Shown: positions 29,822 through 40,521, counted from the stretch's first letter. The stretch: DNA of 64,000 nt from an uncultured Fidelibacterota bacterium (GCA_950068325.1 CATMHQ010000001.1:12433-76432); one strand, 5' to 3'. Notes: generated from the sequence alone by a model not told the origin. Numbers and translations are program-made.

Positions 29822-30489
29822 AACGCAATCTTATTCTTTGTCTATGCATTTGCACGTCCGTTATGGCTTCTTCCAAGATTGCCATTGCAATCAAAGTAAA
29901 GGGCAAGGTTTCAGTCATTCAAAAAGGCAGTCCAGAAAAACAATCCTTAAAACCCGGAAGAGCTCTCAGTGACCAAGATAAAATTCTCACCGGGAAAGAT
30001 GGATTCGCTGCCATAATGTATTTGGATGATAAAACGGTTGTCAAGTTGCTTGGGAATTCGGACCTAACGGTTGCGGGGAATCGTACCGGAGGCAAGATCA
30101 ATAAATCTCTTGATATTAAATATGGAAAAATTGCCGCCAGTATAACACCACAAAAGGGAAATGAATTTAGAATTGCCACACCCACATCAGTCGCTTCAGT
30201 AAAAGGCACTGAACTGACCATTGCTTCTGATCCATCCACAGGTGATTCTTTTACCTTGTTAGAAGGTTTGATTGAGGTGACCAATTCGTTCACAGGTGAA
30301 ACCATAGAAGTTGAGCAAGGGGAAACAGCCGTTTCAACGCCGGAAGGATCCTTGGAAGTTCACGAAACAACCACCGATGACCTGGCAGGATTTGAAGATG
30401 CGGATGTTGAAATACCAACACAAGAATTAAGATTCGAAGTTGAAGATGAAGATGGCAACATCAAAGAAATCATTATTCGGTTCCAATAG
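29818..30489 (+). CDS. FecR-domain periplasmic protein
   Basis: D.I.TG.DG...I...D.T...L..NS pattern, FRIATPTSVASVKGT, LLEGLIEV. Confidence 0.85.
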   Translation: MKRNLILCLCICTSVMASSKIAIAIKVKGKVSVIQKGSPEKQSLKPGRALSDQDKILTGKDGFAAIMYLDDKTVVKLLGNSDLTVAGNRTGGKINKSLDIKYGKIAASITPQKGNEFRIATPTSVASVKGTELTIASDPSTGDSFTLLEGLIEVTNSFTGETIEVEQGETAVSTPEGSLEVHETTTDDLAGFEDADVEIPTQELRFEVEDEDGNIKEIIIRFQ

Positions 30490-30493
30490 AAAT

Positions 30494-32737
30494 ATGATGA
30501 TTATGAAAAAGAATTTTATTTACCTGGCTCTATTTACGAGCACTCTTTTTTCTCAATCCGGTGTATTGATCATGAGTCCAGAACCGAATTCAGAAATTTC
30601 CGGGAATGATGTTTTAATCGCTATTTCCACCTTTGGAATGAAAGGCGTTAACCCGGATAATATTCAACTCTTGTTGGATGGCGAAGATATTTCAGACATG
30701 GCTTATATAGATGAGGAAATGGTGACTTGTCTTCTGGATCAATTGGATCCCGGTCTTCACCAGGTTCAACTCTTCCTTGGCGAACGAGGTCCGAAAACTT
30801 GGTCATTTACAACGACCTTGCGTGAACCCACTCTGAAATATTCTGGTCGTATAAGATCCAGCAGCAGTATGGATCAAATTGACAACCAAACGCTTAACAT
30901 TAGTCGGGTGATGGTGGATTTTAAAGGCTCTGCTTATGAGTGGTTGAAGTTCAAAACTAATGTGAAATTGACCACCCAGGAGAAGGCACTTTACCAACCC
31001 CGGAATGTTTTGGGGTTGGAGTTGTCATTAAAAGAGTATGCCACAATTAATATGGGCGATTCAAATCCACGTTTGTCCCACTTTACCATGAATGGAAAAC
31101 GGATTCGTGGGTTGAATGCAAATTTTAAGTGGGGTTGGTTCAACCTTCATGTGGTTCGGGGGGGAATTAATCGTGCCATCGAAGGTGATCTGAAAAAGGC
31201 CTATTCATACAGTATTGATACGGATGATGAAGGGACAAAATTCCTTTCATTAAGCAGAAACGGGTACACGTTCGCACAAAATGTGATGGCGGGTAGATTG
31301 GCTCTAGGTCGTGGAGAAAAATTCCAGTGGGGACTCAATTTTTTGAAAGCAAGAGATGACACAACTAGCGTGAATCCAATTCTTAATGATGCAACCATTA
31401 TTTATTCCCCCAGTGCCTCCGGGCTGGTTACCGAGTTGGATTCTGGATTAGTTTATACCATTGGAGAATTGGGGACAAAAGCACAATTTCTCGAGGGAAA
31501 GGATTGGAATGGTGATGGCCCAAAAGATAACTTGGTAATTGGAACTGACCTTGGCATCTCTTTGTTTAATAAACGGCTCCGATTGGACGGTGAACTGGCA
31601 TTAAGCTTAACCAACACTAATATCTGGGGAGGCCCACTCACCCTGGCGGCCCTAGATACATTGATGGATGATTCCTTGGATAACAAACTCTCCAGTTTTG
31701 ACCTGTCTAGTTTTCCAGATCCAGCTGATTATGAGAAAATCCTGATCATTAATCCTAACATGGCGCCTTTGGTCCCCATTGATATTAACGCCTTTGGAGA
31801 CAATGCAACTGTTGACCTCACGGATGCAGTTCTGTCTATGCCTTCCTTAGCGTACCGGGGCAGAGCAATCACAAACTTTTATGGTAATTATCTTGCTTTG
31901 GAGTACAGCCAGGTAGGCCCAGAATACAATTCCCTTGCCAATCCATATCTCGTAAAAAACAAGCGAGAATGGTCCATCTCTGATAAATTTAAATTGCTCC
32001 AGAACCGGCTCATGCTCACCCTAGGTTATAAACATCAGGATGATGACATTTTGACGATAGTGGAAAAGGTGAAATCCCAGAATACACTTTCATTGGGACT
32101 GAATGCTTTACCTGGCCCTGGACTGCCAACACTGAATTTTACTTTTCGGTCTATCGATCGGGATAATGGTATTGATGAACTGGTACAACTCACGGACACA
32201 ACTTTTAGCGATAATCGGGAGAATACTCACACCAATAATTTTATGGTGAATATCAGTCATCGGTTTGACTTGGTTTGGTCCCATGCATTGAGTGGCACAT
32301 TTGTTAATGTGAATAAAACAGATAAATTCAATGATCGAGATACAAATTTCGTCGATCCGGCCATGTCCATCAATGTCATGAATTTTTCACTCTCAACCCG
32401 GTATAATTTCCCCTTGAAAACGTCCATCAATATAACAAGCAACCATAGTGAATTGAGCATTGGTCCCGGCGAGCGGGGAAATCAGGATTTTTTAACCACC
32501 AATTTTGATGCTGAATATCCTCTTTTAAAAAATCGAATCCTGGCAAAAGGGGGTGTAAATTATGCGCAAGGATCTGGTTTGGTCGATATGTCATGGCTAG
32601 GTTTTAAAGGTGGGATACGATGGAAAATATTCGATAGATTTAGTGTGAATACCCAGGGCGAATTCAGATCGAAAGAAACCAGTGGTGTAAAGAAAAATAC
32701 GGTGATTGCCCGAGCGAACCTGGAATATGCTTTTTAA
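30494..32737 (+). CDS. Putative outer-membrane beta-barrel protein with an N-terminal Ig-like domain
   Basis: Signal peptide, amphipathic strands, MGDSNPRLSHFTMNGKRIRG, C-terminal ARANLEYAF (BAM-type terminal Phe). Confidence 0.7.
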   Translation: MMIMKKNFIYLALFTSTLFSQSGVLIMSPEPNSEISGNDVLIAISTFGMKGVNPDNIQLLLDGEDISDMAYIDEEMVTCLLDQLDPGLHQVQLFLGERGPKTWSFTTTLREPTLKYSGRIRSSSSMDQIDNQTLNISRVMVDFKGSAYEWLKFKTNVKLTTQEKALYQPRNVLGLELSLKEYATINMGDSNPRLSHFTMNGKRIRGLNANFKWGWFNLHVVRGGINRAIEGDLKKAYSYSIDTDDEGTKFLSLSRNGYTFAQNVMAGRLALGRGEKFQWGLNFLKARDDTTSVNPILNDATIIYSPSASGLVTELDSGLVYTIGELGTKAQFLEGKDWNGDGPKDNLVIGTDLGISLFNKRLRLDGELALSLTNTNIWGGPLTLAALDTLMDDSLDNKLSSFDLSSFPDPADYEKILIINPNMAPLVPIDINAFGDNATVDLTDAVLSMPSLAYRGRAITNFYGNYLALEYSQVGPEYNSLANPYLVKNKREWSISDKFKLLQNRLMLTLGYKHQDDDILTIVEKVKSQNTLSLGLNALPGPGLPTLNFTFRSIDRDNGIDELVQLTDTTFSDNRENTHTNNFMVNISHRFDLVWSHALSGTFVNVNKTDKFNDRDTNFVDPAMSINVMNFSLSTRYNFPLKTSINITSNHSELSIGPGERGNQDFLTTNFDAEYPLLKNRILAKGGVNYAQGSGLVDMSWLGFKGGIRWKIFDRFSVNTQGEFRSKETSGVKKNTVIARANLEYAF

Positions 32738-32829
32738 AAATTATTGGAATTTATTCTGGGAGATCTAACTTAAAATATAGAATAATTATTTTTTTATTAA
32801 TTATTATAAAACAATTGTAAGATTTGAAA

Positions 32830-33783
32830 ATGGCACTCCCTAAATCTATCCAATCTGCAGCAACCCAAATCCAACCCTTTATCCGAAAAACGCCATTTAT
32901 TCATTCGAAAGCATTTTCAGAATTAACGGGAGCGGATGTTTGGTTCAAGTTGGAGAGTTTTCAGATCACTGGTTCGTTCAAAGCAAGGGGCGCAACAAAC
33001 AAACTATTATCCTTAACTGATGAAGAAAAAGCCAATGGCGTTGTGTCTGCTTCAACCGGGAATCATGGTGCCGCTGTGGCCTATGCTGCAGGGAAACTGG
33101 GGATTGATTGCACCATTTATGTTCCGGATGATGTGTCTGCAGCCAAGTTGGAAAATATGAAGCAATTTGGCGCTAAGATCGAAGTTCATGGTGATGATTG
33201 TATCAAAGCTGAAGCCAAAGCCCGAGAGGTTTCGGAAGAATCCGGGAAGATTTATATATCGCCTTACAACGATCCCTTCGTCATGGCAGGACAAGGAACA
33301 ATCGGAGTGGAGATTGAATCCCAATGCCAAGGATTGGATGCCATTATTATTTCCGTTGGTGGTGGCGGACTTATTGGCGGAACAGCCAGTTATTTAAAAT
33401 CCGTCTGGCCGGAAATAAATATGATCGGCTGTTCGCCAGAAAATTCCGCGGTGATGATTCATTCCATAAAAGCGGGGAGAGTGTTGACCCTGGAATCCAA
33501 ACCCACTTTATCTGATGGAACTGCTGGCGGCGTGGAAAAGGATTCTATCACATTTCCCATATGCCAAACCGTTATTGATGAATCTGTATTAGTGACCGAG
33601 GATGAAATAAAACAAGCCATGATTTTATACATTGAAAAGGAACATCAATTGTTAGAAGGCGCCGCCGGAACCGCAGTAGCAGCCCTGGTAAAAAAGAAAG
33701 ATGACCTAAAAGGCAAGCGCGTGGGTGTTGTCATCTGTGGGGGGAACATCAGTTTGGATACTATTCGGGAACTTTTAAAATGA
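32830..33783 (+). CDS. PLP-dependent threonine/serine dehydratase (catabolic type, no ACT domain)
   Basis: KLESFQITGSFKARGA, ASTGNHG, SVGGGGLIGG, ICGGN. Confidence 0.9.
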   Translation: MALPKSIQSAATQIQPFIRKTPFIHSKAFSELTGADVWFKLESFQITGSFKARGATNKLLSLTDEEKANGVVSASTGNHGAAVAYAAGKLGIDCTIYVPDDVSAAKLENMKQFGAKIEVHGDDCIKAEAKAREVSEESGKIYISPYNDPFVMAGQGTIGVEIESQCQGLDAIIISVGGGGLIGGTASYLKSVWPEINMIGCSPENSAVMIHSIKAGRVLTLESKPTLSDGTAGGVEKDSITFPICQTVIDESVLVTEDEIKQAMILYIEKEHQLLEGAAGTAVAALVKKKDDLKGKRVGVVICGGNISLDTIRELLK

Positions 33784-36700
33784 TCATTGCTATGAATTCT
33801 TTTCTTCGAATTTTAACCATCATTTTTGTCCTATCTCTTCTTTTCGCTGAGGAGACCAAAGAGAAAAGTTCAATTCACTCCGATCCATTTCGGTATTCAT
33901 CCGCTGGCAAGATCGGGGATAATCCTTTCCCAACCAATCCCATGAATGACAGGGCTATTGGCTATTTACTCCAGGGGAAAGCCCAAACAGCCATTTCCAA
34001 TTATGGAAATATCATTAATTGGGATGAACACCCAATGGGTATCTGGAATGGCTTTTCCTATTTACCTTCCGTTGCATTCCTCGCTGGGGTTCCGGGGCAT
34101 AAACATTCCTTCGAATTCAATTGGGAAAATGTGGAATATATTGTGGATCCTGAGGGAATTCCCCTCTATGGTATTTGGGAATCAAGTACTGCCTATAACG
34201 ATTGGTTTTTAGAAGGCGATACGAATTATGTGGGCATCATTTTTAATGCAGACCAGGATTTTGGGCGCTGGTATCCAGACAGTATTTCGCAAAAAGCATC
34301 CAAAGAATTATTTGATGGACCCTATCAATATGCCATTGATCATGAATTGAAAAAAATTGCAGTGTCCACTTTTGGTGAATTGGATCCCAATACATCCAGC
34401 GCGCAGATTGGATTCATTTATCCCTGGGCCCTACGCCCAAAATTGATCCAGCGGGAAGACCAATTTGATTATTACAATTATGGGCTGGACTTGGAAGAAT
34501 GGACCGCGGATGATGAATACATGTATTATGGATATAACGTTGCGGAATCCTGGATCTCACGTCAGCAGAGTTCCCCCAATGGAGAATGGCATGCCTCCAC
34601 CATGGCCAGGGTGAACACTCACAATACGGAAGTGCTCAATGGTGATATATTTGGCGATACCTATGTGACGGATCCCAGCGACACCTATCCGCTTTTGGCA
34701 CACAGCGCTTTTTCCGATACCTGGCCGATTCGATATAATGAAAACTTGGGACAGACTGAATCGTTTTGGCCGGGTTGGTGGGCAGAAGATTACAACATCA
34801 ACCTTCCGGGATGTTCTCAATCCAGGAAAGATCCGGACTGCTGGGAAAGTGTCGATGGCCGATTCATTTCCAATATGGAGGTCTATATGGAATTTGATGA
34901 TCGCTGGGCGCACCGGGGCAATATGGTGGATACAAATAATGAATACGAGCAAACAGCTTATCCAATGGGGCTGCGCGTGATGGCAGAAGCCCATTCTTAT
35001 GGTGTGTCCTATGCAGAGGATATTTTATTTGTGACGGTGAAAGTCCGCAATGAAAGTGGCGATTGGTGCGCTGAAGATGAATTTGGAAATCCCGTATTGG
35101 ATGAATACGGTGAGCAAAAATGCGGTGAAGGCATGATTATGCCCGATGGTACCAAACTCAATCATGGCAAAGGATTTAATTACCAGGGTACCTTTCTGGG
35201 ATTCTATTTTGATTCAGATGTTTTGACCGGTGATATATATGGATTCAGTTCCGGACTCCATACGAATGATGACGATTTCATGAAATACTATTGGGAAATA
35301 TTCGAACGGAATAATGAACGAATGTTGATCTCCATGGCCATGGTGGGAGATTTTGACGGTATCAGTGGTCAAGCCCGTGGCTATGCCATGAGCGGTGAAC
35401 CTTCTCCAGGAACTGATTTTGGACTGGTGGCAACCCAATTATTAGATTCACCCCGAGCCACCGATCCGGTTGACTTGGATCAGGATGGCACCGTTGATAT
35501 TTTCCCTGGAGAACCTTTGAAAATGACAGACTGGCATTGGTTCGATTGGTACAGTCGCCCCGGTGTGGTGAATATGGAAAGTAATACCAGCAGTTGCTAT
35601 GCCGGGGCTCTGGGCTGTCCACAAGCCCGGAACAAGGAAGAAATCATGTACAAGATCATGGCCGGTGATACAACAAATTTGAATGATAATGAGCATGCCT
35701 GGCACTTTCACACGAAAAATCCCGGAACCGATCTGGGATCCGAGTTGAACCCGCACTTTGATTCATTGGAAGGCCTATACGAGGAAACGGCTTTTTTAAG
35801 GGAACCCCCTGGATTGGATTGTTCCATTTTTATGAGTTGCGGTCCGTTTGATCTGCCCGTTGGGAGGGAAGTGCCTTTTTCATTCTGCATAATTTTTGGA
35901 CAAAATGAAGAAGATTTGATCAACAATGCCCGCTTTGCCCAGGTCATGTATAATTCACGGTACCAGGGATTCACACCGCCCACACGTCCCAATGTTTATG
36001 TGGAAACAGATACGGGCGCTGTCAAGATCTATTGGGATGATGTTGCAGAAGGTTCCGTTGATGTTCTCACAGGTTATTCAGATTTTGAAGGATACAAGAT
36101 TTACAAAAGCCTCGATGGCGGAAAAACCTGGGGAGACGCATCAGGCCGTATTTATGATACGGATGGCTTGTTTGTGGGCTGGCGGCCTTACCGCCAATTT
36201 GATCTATCTGCAGAAAAGGACTCTCTCCATTGTGTTTATTCCAATTTATATGATTGTGAAAAGGAAAATCGACGAAATCACAGCATCCAAGGTGAAGATC
36301 CCTATTTCCCCTGGTTCAGTCTGGGGGAAGATACAGGATTCGACTTGATCCTGTTAAATGAAGTCGAGTGGAAAATTGTGAATGGGGATACCTTTCAATA
36401 CATGTTTACGGACCAGAATGTGGTGGATGGTTTGGAATATACCTATTCAGTTGTATCCTACGATATGGGTGTAGAACCAACCTACATCTCAAAATTTGTC
36501 CCCATGGGTAACGGGCAATATGAATCCGTGTTGGATACAAATTATTCAAACCCGAACGAATGGGCAAACCCGGAGGGCTATGCTTCTATTGAGAATTCCA
36601 AAGGTACAACCATTTTGGATCGAAATTTTGTCCAGGCATTTCCGGGAATTCAACCCCGCGAAAACCTCAGCAAGGTCAATGTTGTCCCGAATCCATATAT

Positions 36701-36977
36701 TGTGCGGTCAAATTTCAAGGAGACGGAATTCCTGCGACGGATTCGGTTCACCAATCTGCCGACCAAATGCAAGATCAAAATTTTCACGGTGTCGGGGGAA
36801 CTTGTGGCAGAACTGGATCATGAAAGTGAAACGACTGGAAATGAATGGTGGGATATGCGAACGGTGAACAACCAGGAAATAGCACCGGGACTTTATTTGT
36901 ATCATATTCAACAAATTGATCCGGAATCAGAAAAAATGATGGCAGACCTTGTGGGCAAATTTGCAGTGGTCCGATAA
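33780..36977 (+). CDS. Large secreted hypothetical protein with a PNPY/FTNLP/KFAVVR-type C-terminal domain
   Basis: Signal peptide; FN3-like DFEGYKIYKS and YTYSVVSYD; C-terminal VVPNPY...IRFTNLP...IFTVSGELV...WDMRT...GKFAVVR. Confidence 0.8.
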   Translation: MIIAMNSFLRILTIIFVLSLLFAEETKEKSSIHSDPFRYSSAGKIGDNPFPTNPMNDRAIGYLLQGKAQTAISNYGNIINWDEHPMGIWNGFSYLPSVAFLAGVPGHKHSFEFNWENVEYIVDPEGIPLYGIWESSTAYNDWFLEGDTNYVGIIFNADQDFGRWYPDSISQKASKELFDGPYQYAIDHELKKIAVSTFGELDPNTSSAQIGFIYPWALRPKLIQREDQFDYYNYGLDLEEWTADDEYMYYGYNVAESWISRQQSSPNGEWHASTMARVNTHNTEVLNGDIFGDTYVTDPSDTYPLLAHSAFSDTWPIRYNENLGQTESFWPGWWAEDYNINLPGCSQSRKDPDCWESVDGRFISNMEVYMEFDDRWAHRGNMVDTNNEYEQTAYPMGLRVMAEAHSYGVSYAEDILFVTVKVRNESGDWCAEDEFGNPVLDEYGEQKCGEGMIMPDGTKLNHGKGFNYQGTFLGFYFDSDVLTGDIYGFSSGLHTNDDDFMKYYWEIFERNNERMLISMAMVGDFDGISGQARGYAMSGEPSPGTDFGLVATQLLDSPRATDPVDLDQDGTVDIFPGEPLKMTDWHWFDWYSRPGVVNMESNTSSCYAGALGCPQARNKEEIMYKIMAGDTTNLNDNEHAWHFHTKNPGTDLGSELNPHFDSLEGLYEETAFLREPPGLDCSIFMSCGPFDLPVGREVPFSFCIIFGQNEEDLINNARFAQVMYNSRYQGFTPPTRPNVYVETDTGAVKIYWDDVAEGSVDVLTGYSDFEGYKIYKSLDGGKTWGDASGRIYDTDGLFVGWRPYRQFDLSAEKDSLHCVYSNLYDCEKENRRNHSIQGEDPYFPWFSLGEDTGFDLILLNEVEWKIVNGDTFQYMFTDQNVVDGLEYTYSVVSYDMGVEPTYISKFVPMGNGQYESVLDTNYSNPNEWANPEGYASIENSKGTTILDRNFVQAFPGIQPRENLSKVNVVPNPYIVRSNFKETEFLRRIRFTNLPTKCKIKIFTVSGELVAELDHESETTGNEWWDMRTVNNQEIAPGLYLYHIQQIDPESEKMMADLVGKFAVVR

Positions 36978-36986
36978 TGGATAAAA

Positions 36987-39944
36987 ATGTTTAAGAAATT
37001 TTTTACAGTTTTTCTCTTGGCTTTTCTTTTTGGACAAACCCAATCCCAAAAACAAATTCTCAAATCTCAATCTGAAACATTGATTTCAAAATCCCGGGCA
37101 GAAAAAAAGATTGCGGTAGAAAAAGCAAATCAAAAGAGGTGGCCCATTAAAGGGAAATTGGAAAACGGGGAAGAATATTCAATTCAGCGATTAGCACCAA
37201 ATGGCAAACCCATTTACTATCATTCGGAAAACTTTATCTCTGCGAAAACAATTTCAACCGATCATCTTTGGCCCGATGGTGACAGCCAATTATTTATGAA
37301 AGGTGAAGGCATGATCGTGGGCGAATGGGATGGAGGTGCCACGCGGGCTACACACGACGAATTAACCGGAAGAGTTGTTCAGGTTGATGGTGCAGAGGAA
37401 TTGAGTAATCATGCCACCCATGTAGCTGGAACCATGATTGGTGCAGGTATATATAATTTGGCTCACGGCATGGCCAACGCAGCCACATTACACACAAATG
37501 ATTGGAATGAGGACAGTGGCGAAATGGCCGCCCAGGCAGGAGACGGATTGATTCTTTCCAATCATTCTTATGGACAACGGGGCGGGTGGCATTGGAATTC
37601 GCTTGGGGATGATAAATGGGTTTGGTGGGGCGATCCGGGTGTGGATGTAAACGAAGATTACCATTTTGGATTTTATGATGAACAAACCCGGGAATGGGAT
37701 GAAATTGCCTACAATGCGCCTCATTATTTAATCGTCATGTCTGCGGGAAATGACCGCAATGATGAAGTTGCAAATGGGACGGAACATTGGGTATGGAATA
37801 CAGTCATTAATGATTGGGATTTATCCACAGATTCACGGGACCCAGATGGGTCCTGGGACTGTATTTCTTACCATAAAATTTGTAAAAATGTATTAACCGT
37901 TGGGGCTGTAAATGATATTGAAAATGGGTATGAAAATCCCGGTGATGTGAGTATTTCATCTTTCAGTTCTTACGGTCCTGTTGATGACGGAAGAATCAAA
38001 CCGGATATTGTTGCCAATGGTGTAGGACTTTTTTCTTCTGTCAGCACCGGTGACCAAGATTATGAATCCTATTCCGGAACATCTATGTCTGCACCCAGTG
38101 TTACCGGATCCTTGGTGTTGTTTCAGGAAATGTATAAAACCATGAATGACACATTTTTACTCGCTGCCACCTTGAAAGCATTGGCGGTCCACTCAGCAGA
38201 TGAAGCTGGGAATGCGGGTGGTCCCGATTATCGATTTGGCTGGGGACTTATGAATACCGCCCGTGCAGTAGACCTGATCCAGAGAAACGGGAATGGACAT
38301 TTGATCTCCGAAGAATACCTTGCCCCTGGAGATAGTATTGAATTGTCTGTTTATTCGGATGGTATGGTGCCCTTGAGAGCCACGATCTCATGGACAGATC
38401 CACCGGGAATACCACCATTACCGAGTTTAAATCCACAGGATATCATGCTGGTGAATGATCTGGATTTGAGAATTATTGGTGAAGATGGAACCATATATTT
38501 CCCATGGATACTGGATCCAAATAATCCCGGTGATGCGGCCACCACGGGCGACAATATAGTGGACAATGTGGAACAGGTTTTGATCTTCGATCCAGAACCG
38601 GGGAATTATACAATCAGGATTTGGCATAAAGGAAACATTGACGATGGGCAAGCATTTGGATTGGTTTTATCCTTTGGAACTTCCGGTCCCATGACCTTTT
38701 ATGTATCACCTGAGGGCAATGATGATACGGGAGATGGATCGGAAGAGAATCCATTTTCATCCATCCAAAAAGCGGTGGATGAATCGATTTCCCGAGACAC
38801 TATTCTTGTTGCTCCCGGAACTTATAATGGCTCTATTGAGATCAATTCAAAGGGAATTATTTTAGCATCCCATTTTATTCATTCCGATGATGAAACGTAC
38901 ATTGCTGGAACAGTCCTCACAAATAATGAACCCAATCCGATTCTATATTTACATCAGACTGGAACTGCCATGGTTGTGAAAGGATTCACATTTTCGTTTG
39001 GTGCATTGTATGGGGATAATAGCATCGAATGTACCTCCGGAAATATAACCATTGAAAATTGTGTTTTTACTCAAACTGGATCTGATTCAGATTGCGGTGC
39101 TATAAGCTTTGGGAGTAGTCATGGCATTATTAATAATTCGCGAATAGAAAATATGTCCGGATGTTTTTTTGGAGCTTTATATGTTTACAATTCAAATGTG
39201 GAACTAGATCATTTTTCGATCATCAATACAAATGGATCCAGTCATATCATTTATTCACAGGATTCCCAGATAGATATGAATTTTGTAACACTTTCCGGGA
39301 ATTCCGTTGATGAAGATTATAGTATTATCCGTATGTATGATGGATCAGAATTGAATGTGATCAATTCAATCTTATGGAATGAAGGAGCAACAGAAATTGC
39401 TTTCAGGGTTCAGGGCGAAGGAAATTTTGCGACCATTTATTATACCGATTTAAATGGTCATATTAATGGCATCGAAACCAATGATAACGGAACCACAAAT
39501 TTTGGATTATTCAATGTGATGGAAACCGATCCACTCTTTTGTGCCCCCGACAGCAACGGTTTTCAATTGTCCGGGAATTCGCCTTGTGCAGATTATTCGG
39601 AAAATGGCGGACCCATTGGGGCTTTTGGTGTTGGCTGTGATTTTGTTGGTATTGGAGATCTAGCGTCTGTCCCGGGTGAATTTCAATTATTCCCGGCTTA
39701 TCCCAACCCCTTCAACACAAGCACAACGATCCGGTTTAATATTGGGGTAGAGACGTTGCATGCAACGTCTCTACAAATATTCGATATAACCGGTCGTGTG
39801 GTTGAAACATTGGTAGATGGAGTGATTGATCCTGGTGAGCATGAGGTTGTTTGGGATGCGTCTGGATTTTCCAGTGGTGTATATTTCGCCAAATTCGTCT
39901 CCGGGAAAAATCGCCAGGTTCAGAAAATGATTTTGTTGAAATAA
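36987..39944 (+). CDS. Secreted S8 serine protease with a DUF1565/beta-helix region and a C-terminal sorting domain
   Basis: EWDGG, HATHVAGT, SAGND, SGTSMSAP; YVSPEGNDDTGDGS...PFSSIQKA; YPNPFN...QKMILLK. Confidence 0.9.
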   Translation: MFKKFFTVFLLAFLFGQTQSQKQILKSQSETLISKSRAEKKIAVEKANQKRWPIKGKLENGEEYSIQRLAPNGKPIYYHSENFISAKTISTDHLWPDGDSQLFMKGEGMIVGEWDGGATRATHDELTGRVVQVDGAEELSNHATHVAGTMIGAGIYNLAHGMANAATLHTNDWNEDSGEMAAQAGDGLILSNHSYGQRGGWHWNSLGDDKWVWWGDPGVDVNEDYHFGFYDEQTREWDEIAYNAPHYLIVMSAGNDRNDEVANGTEHWVWNTVINDWDLSTDSRDPDGSWDCISYHKICKNVLTVGAVNDIENGYENPGDVSISSFSSYGPVDDGRIKPDIVANGVGLFSSVSTGDQDYESYSGTSMSAPSVTGSLVLFQEMYKTMNDTFLLAATLKALAVHSADEAGNAGGPDYRFGWGLMNTARAVDLIQRNGNGHLISEEYLAPGDSIELSVYSDGMVPLRATISWTDPPGIPPLPSLNPQDIMLVNDLDLRIIGEDGTIYFPWILDPNNPGDAATTGDNIVDNVEQVLIFDPEPGNYTIRIWHKGNIDDGQAFGLVLSFGTSGPMTFYVSPEGNDDTGDGSEENPFSSIQKAVDESISRDTILVAPGTYNGSIEINSKGIILASHFIHSDDETYIAGTVLTNNEPNPILYLHQTGTAMVVKGFTFSFGALYGDNSIECTSGNITIENCVFTQTGSDSDCGAISFGSSHGIINNSRIENMSGCFFGALYVYNSNVELDHFSIINTNGSSHIIYSQDSQIDMNFVTLSGNSVDEDYSIIRMYDGSELNVINSILWNEGATEIAFRVQGEGNFATIYYTDLNGHINGIETNDNGTTNFGLFNVMETDPLFCAPDSNGFQLSGNSPCADYSENGGPIGAFGVGCDFVGIGDLASVPGEFQLFPAYPNPFNTSTTIRFNIGVETLHATSLQIFDITGRVVETLVDGVIDPGEHEVVWDASGFSSGVYFAKFVSGKNRQVQKMILLK
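39747..39774. repeat. GTAG-family REP palindrome inside a CDS (copy 1)
   Basis: GTAGAGACGTTGCA|TGCAACGTCTCTAC is a perfect 28-bp palindrome and encodes VETLHATSL. Confidence 0.92.
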
Positions 39945-39967
39945 ACCATGAAATCTTGGTAAATGAA

Positions 39968-40510
39968 ATGATGAATTTTTTAAACTGTAATATTTGGAAC
40001 AATTATCCAAATGAGATTGAGGATAAATATAGCAATATAGAATTTAATTATGGCAATATTCAAGGCGGTTGGGAAGGGGTAGGCAATATAGATTCCAATC
40101 CACTTTTTTGTGAGCCCGATAGTGGCGATTATTTTTTAGCAGAAAATTCTCCCTGTGTTGGCACAGGAATAGATGGCGCAAACATGGGTGCATTTGGAAT
40201 TGGGTGCGATGCACTTTCTGTTTTAGTAGAATTGACCCTACCAAAATTTACCCTTTTCCCGGCTTATCCCAACCCGTTCAACCCAACCACCACAATCCGG
40301 TTTATTAATTCAGTAAAGACGTGGCACGCCACGTCTCTACATATATATGACATAACCGGTCATCTTGTTGCAACACTGGTGAATGGCAAAATTGAAACAG
40401 GTTTTCATGAAATTCAATGGGATGCATCGTTTGTTGCCAGTGGTGTATATTTTGTAGAATTGACATTGGATAACCAATAAAAAATTCAAAAAATAATCTT
40501 ATTAAAATAG
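39968..40510 (+). pseudogene. 5'-truncated secreted-protein fragment (DPLFC module plus sorting domain) with a premature TAA
   Basis: No signal peptide; paralogous to the 3' end of the upstream gene. The in-frame TAA at 40478-40480 is followed by KIQKIILLK-TAG (40481-40510). Confidence 0.8.
40313..40340. repeat. GTAG-family REP palindrome inside a CDS (copy 2)
   Basis: GTAAAGACGTGGC-AC-GCCACGTCTCTAC encodes VKTWHATSL. Confidence 0.9.
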
Positions 40511-40521
40511 ACGGCACTTTT

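Noticed and set aside
39851-39967. 5' part of the listed 209-aa ORF
   Set aside because: It overlaps the protease C-terminus in another frame; similarity to real protein modules starts only near 39968.
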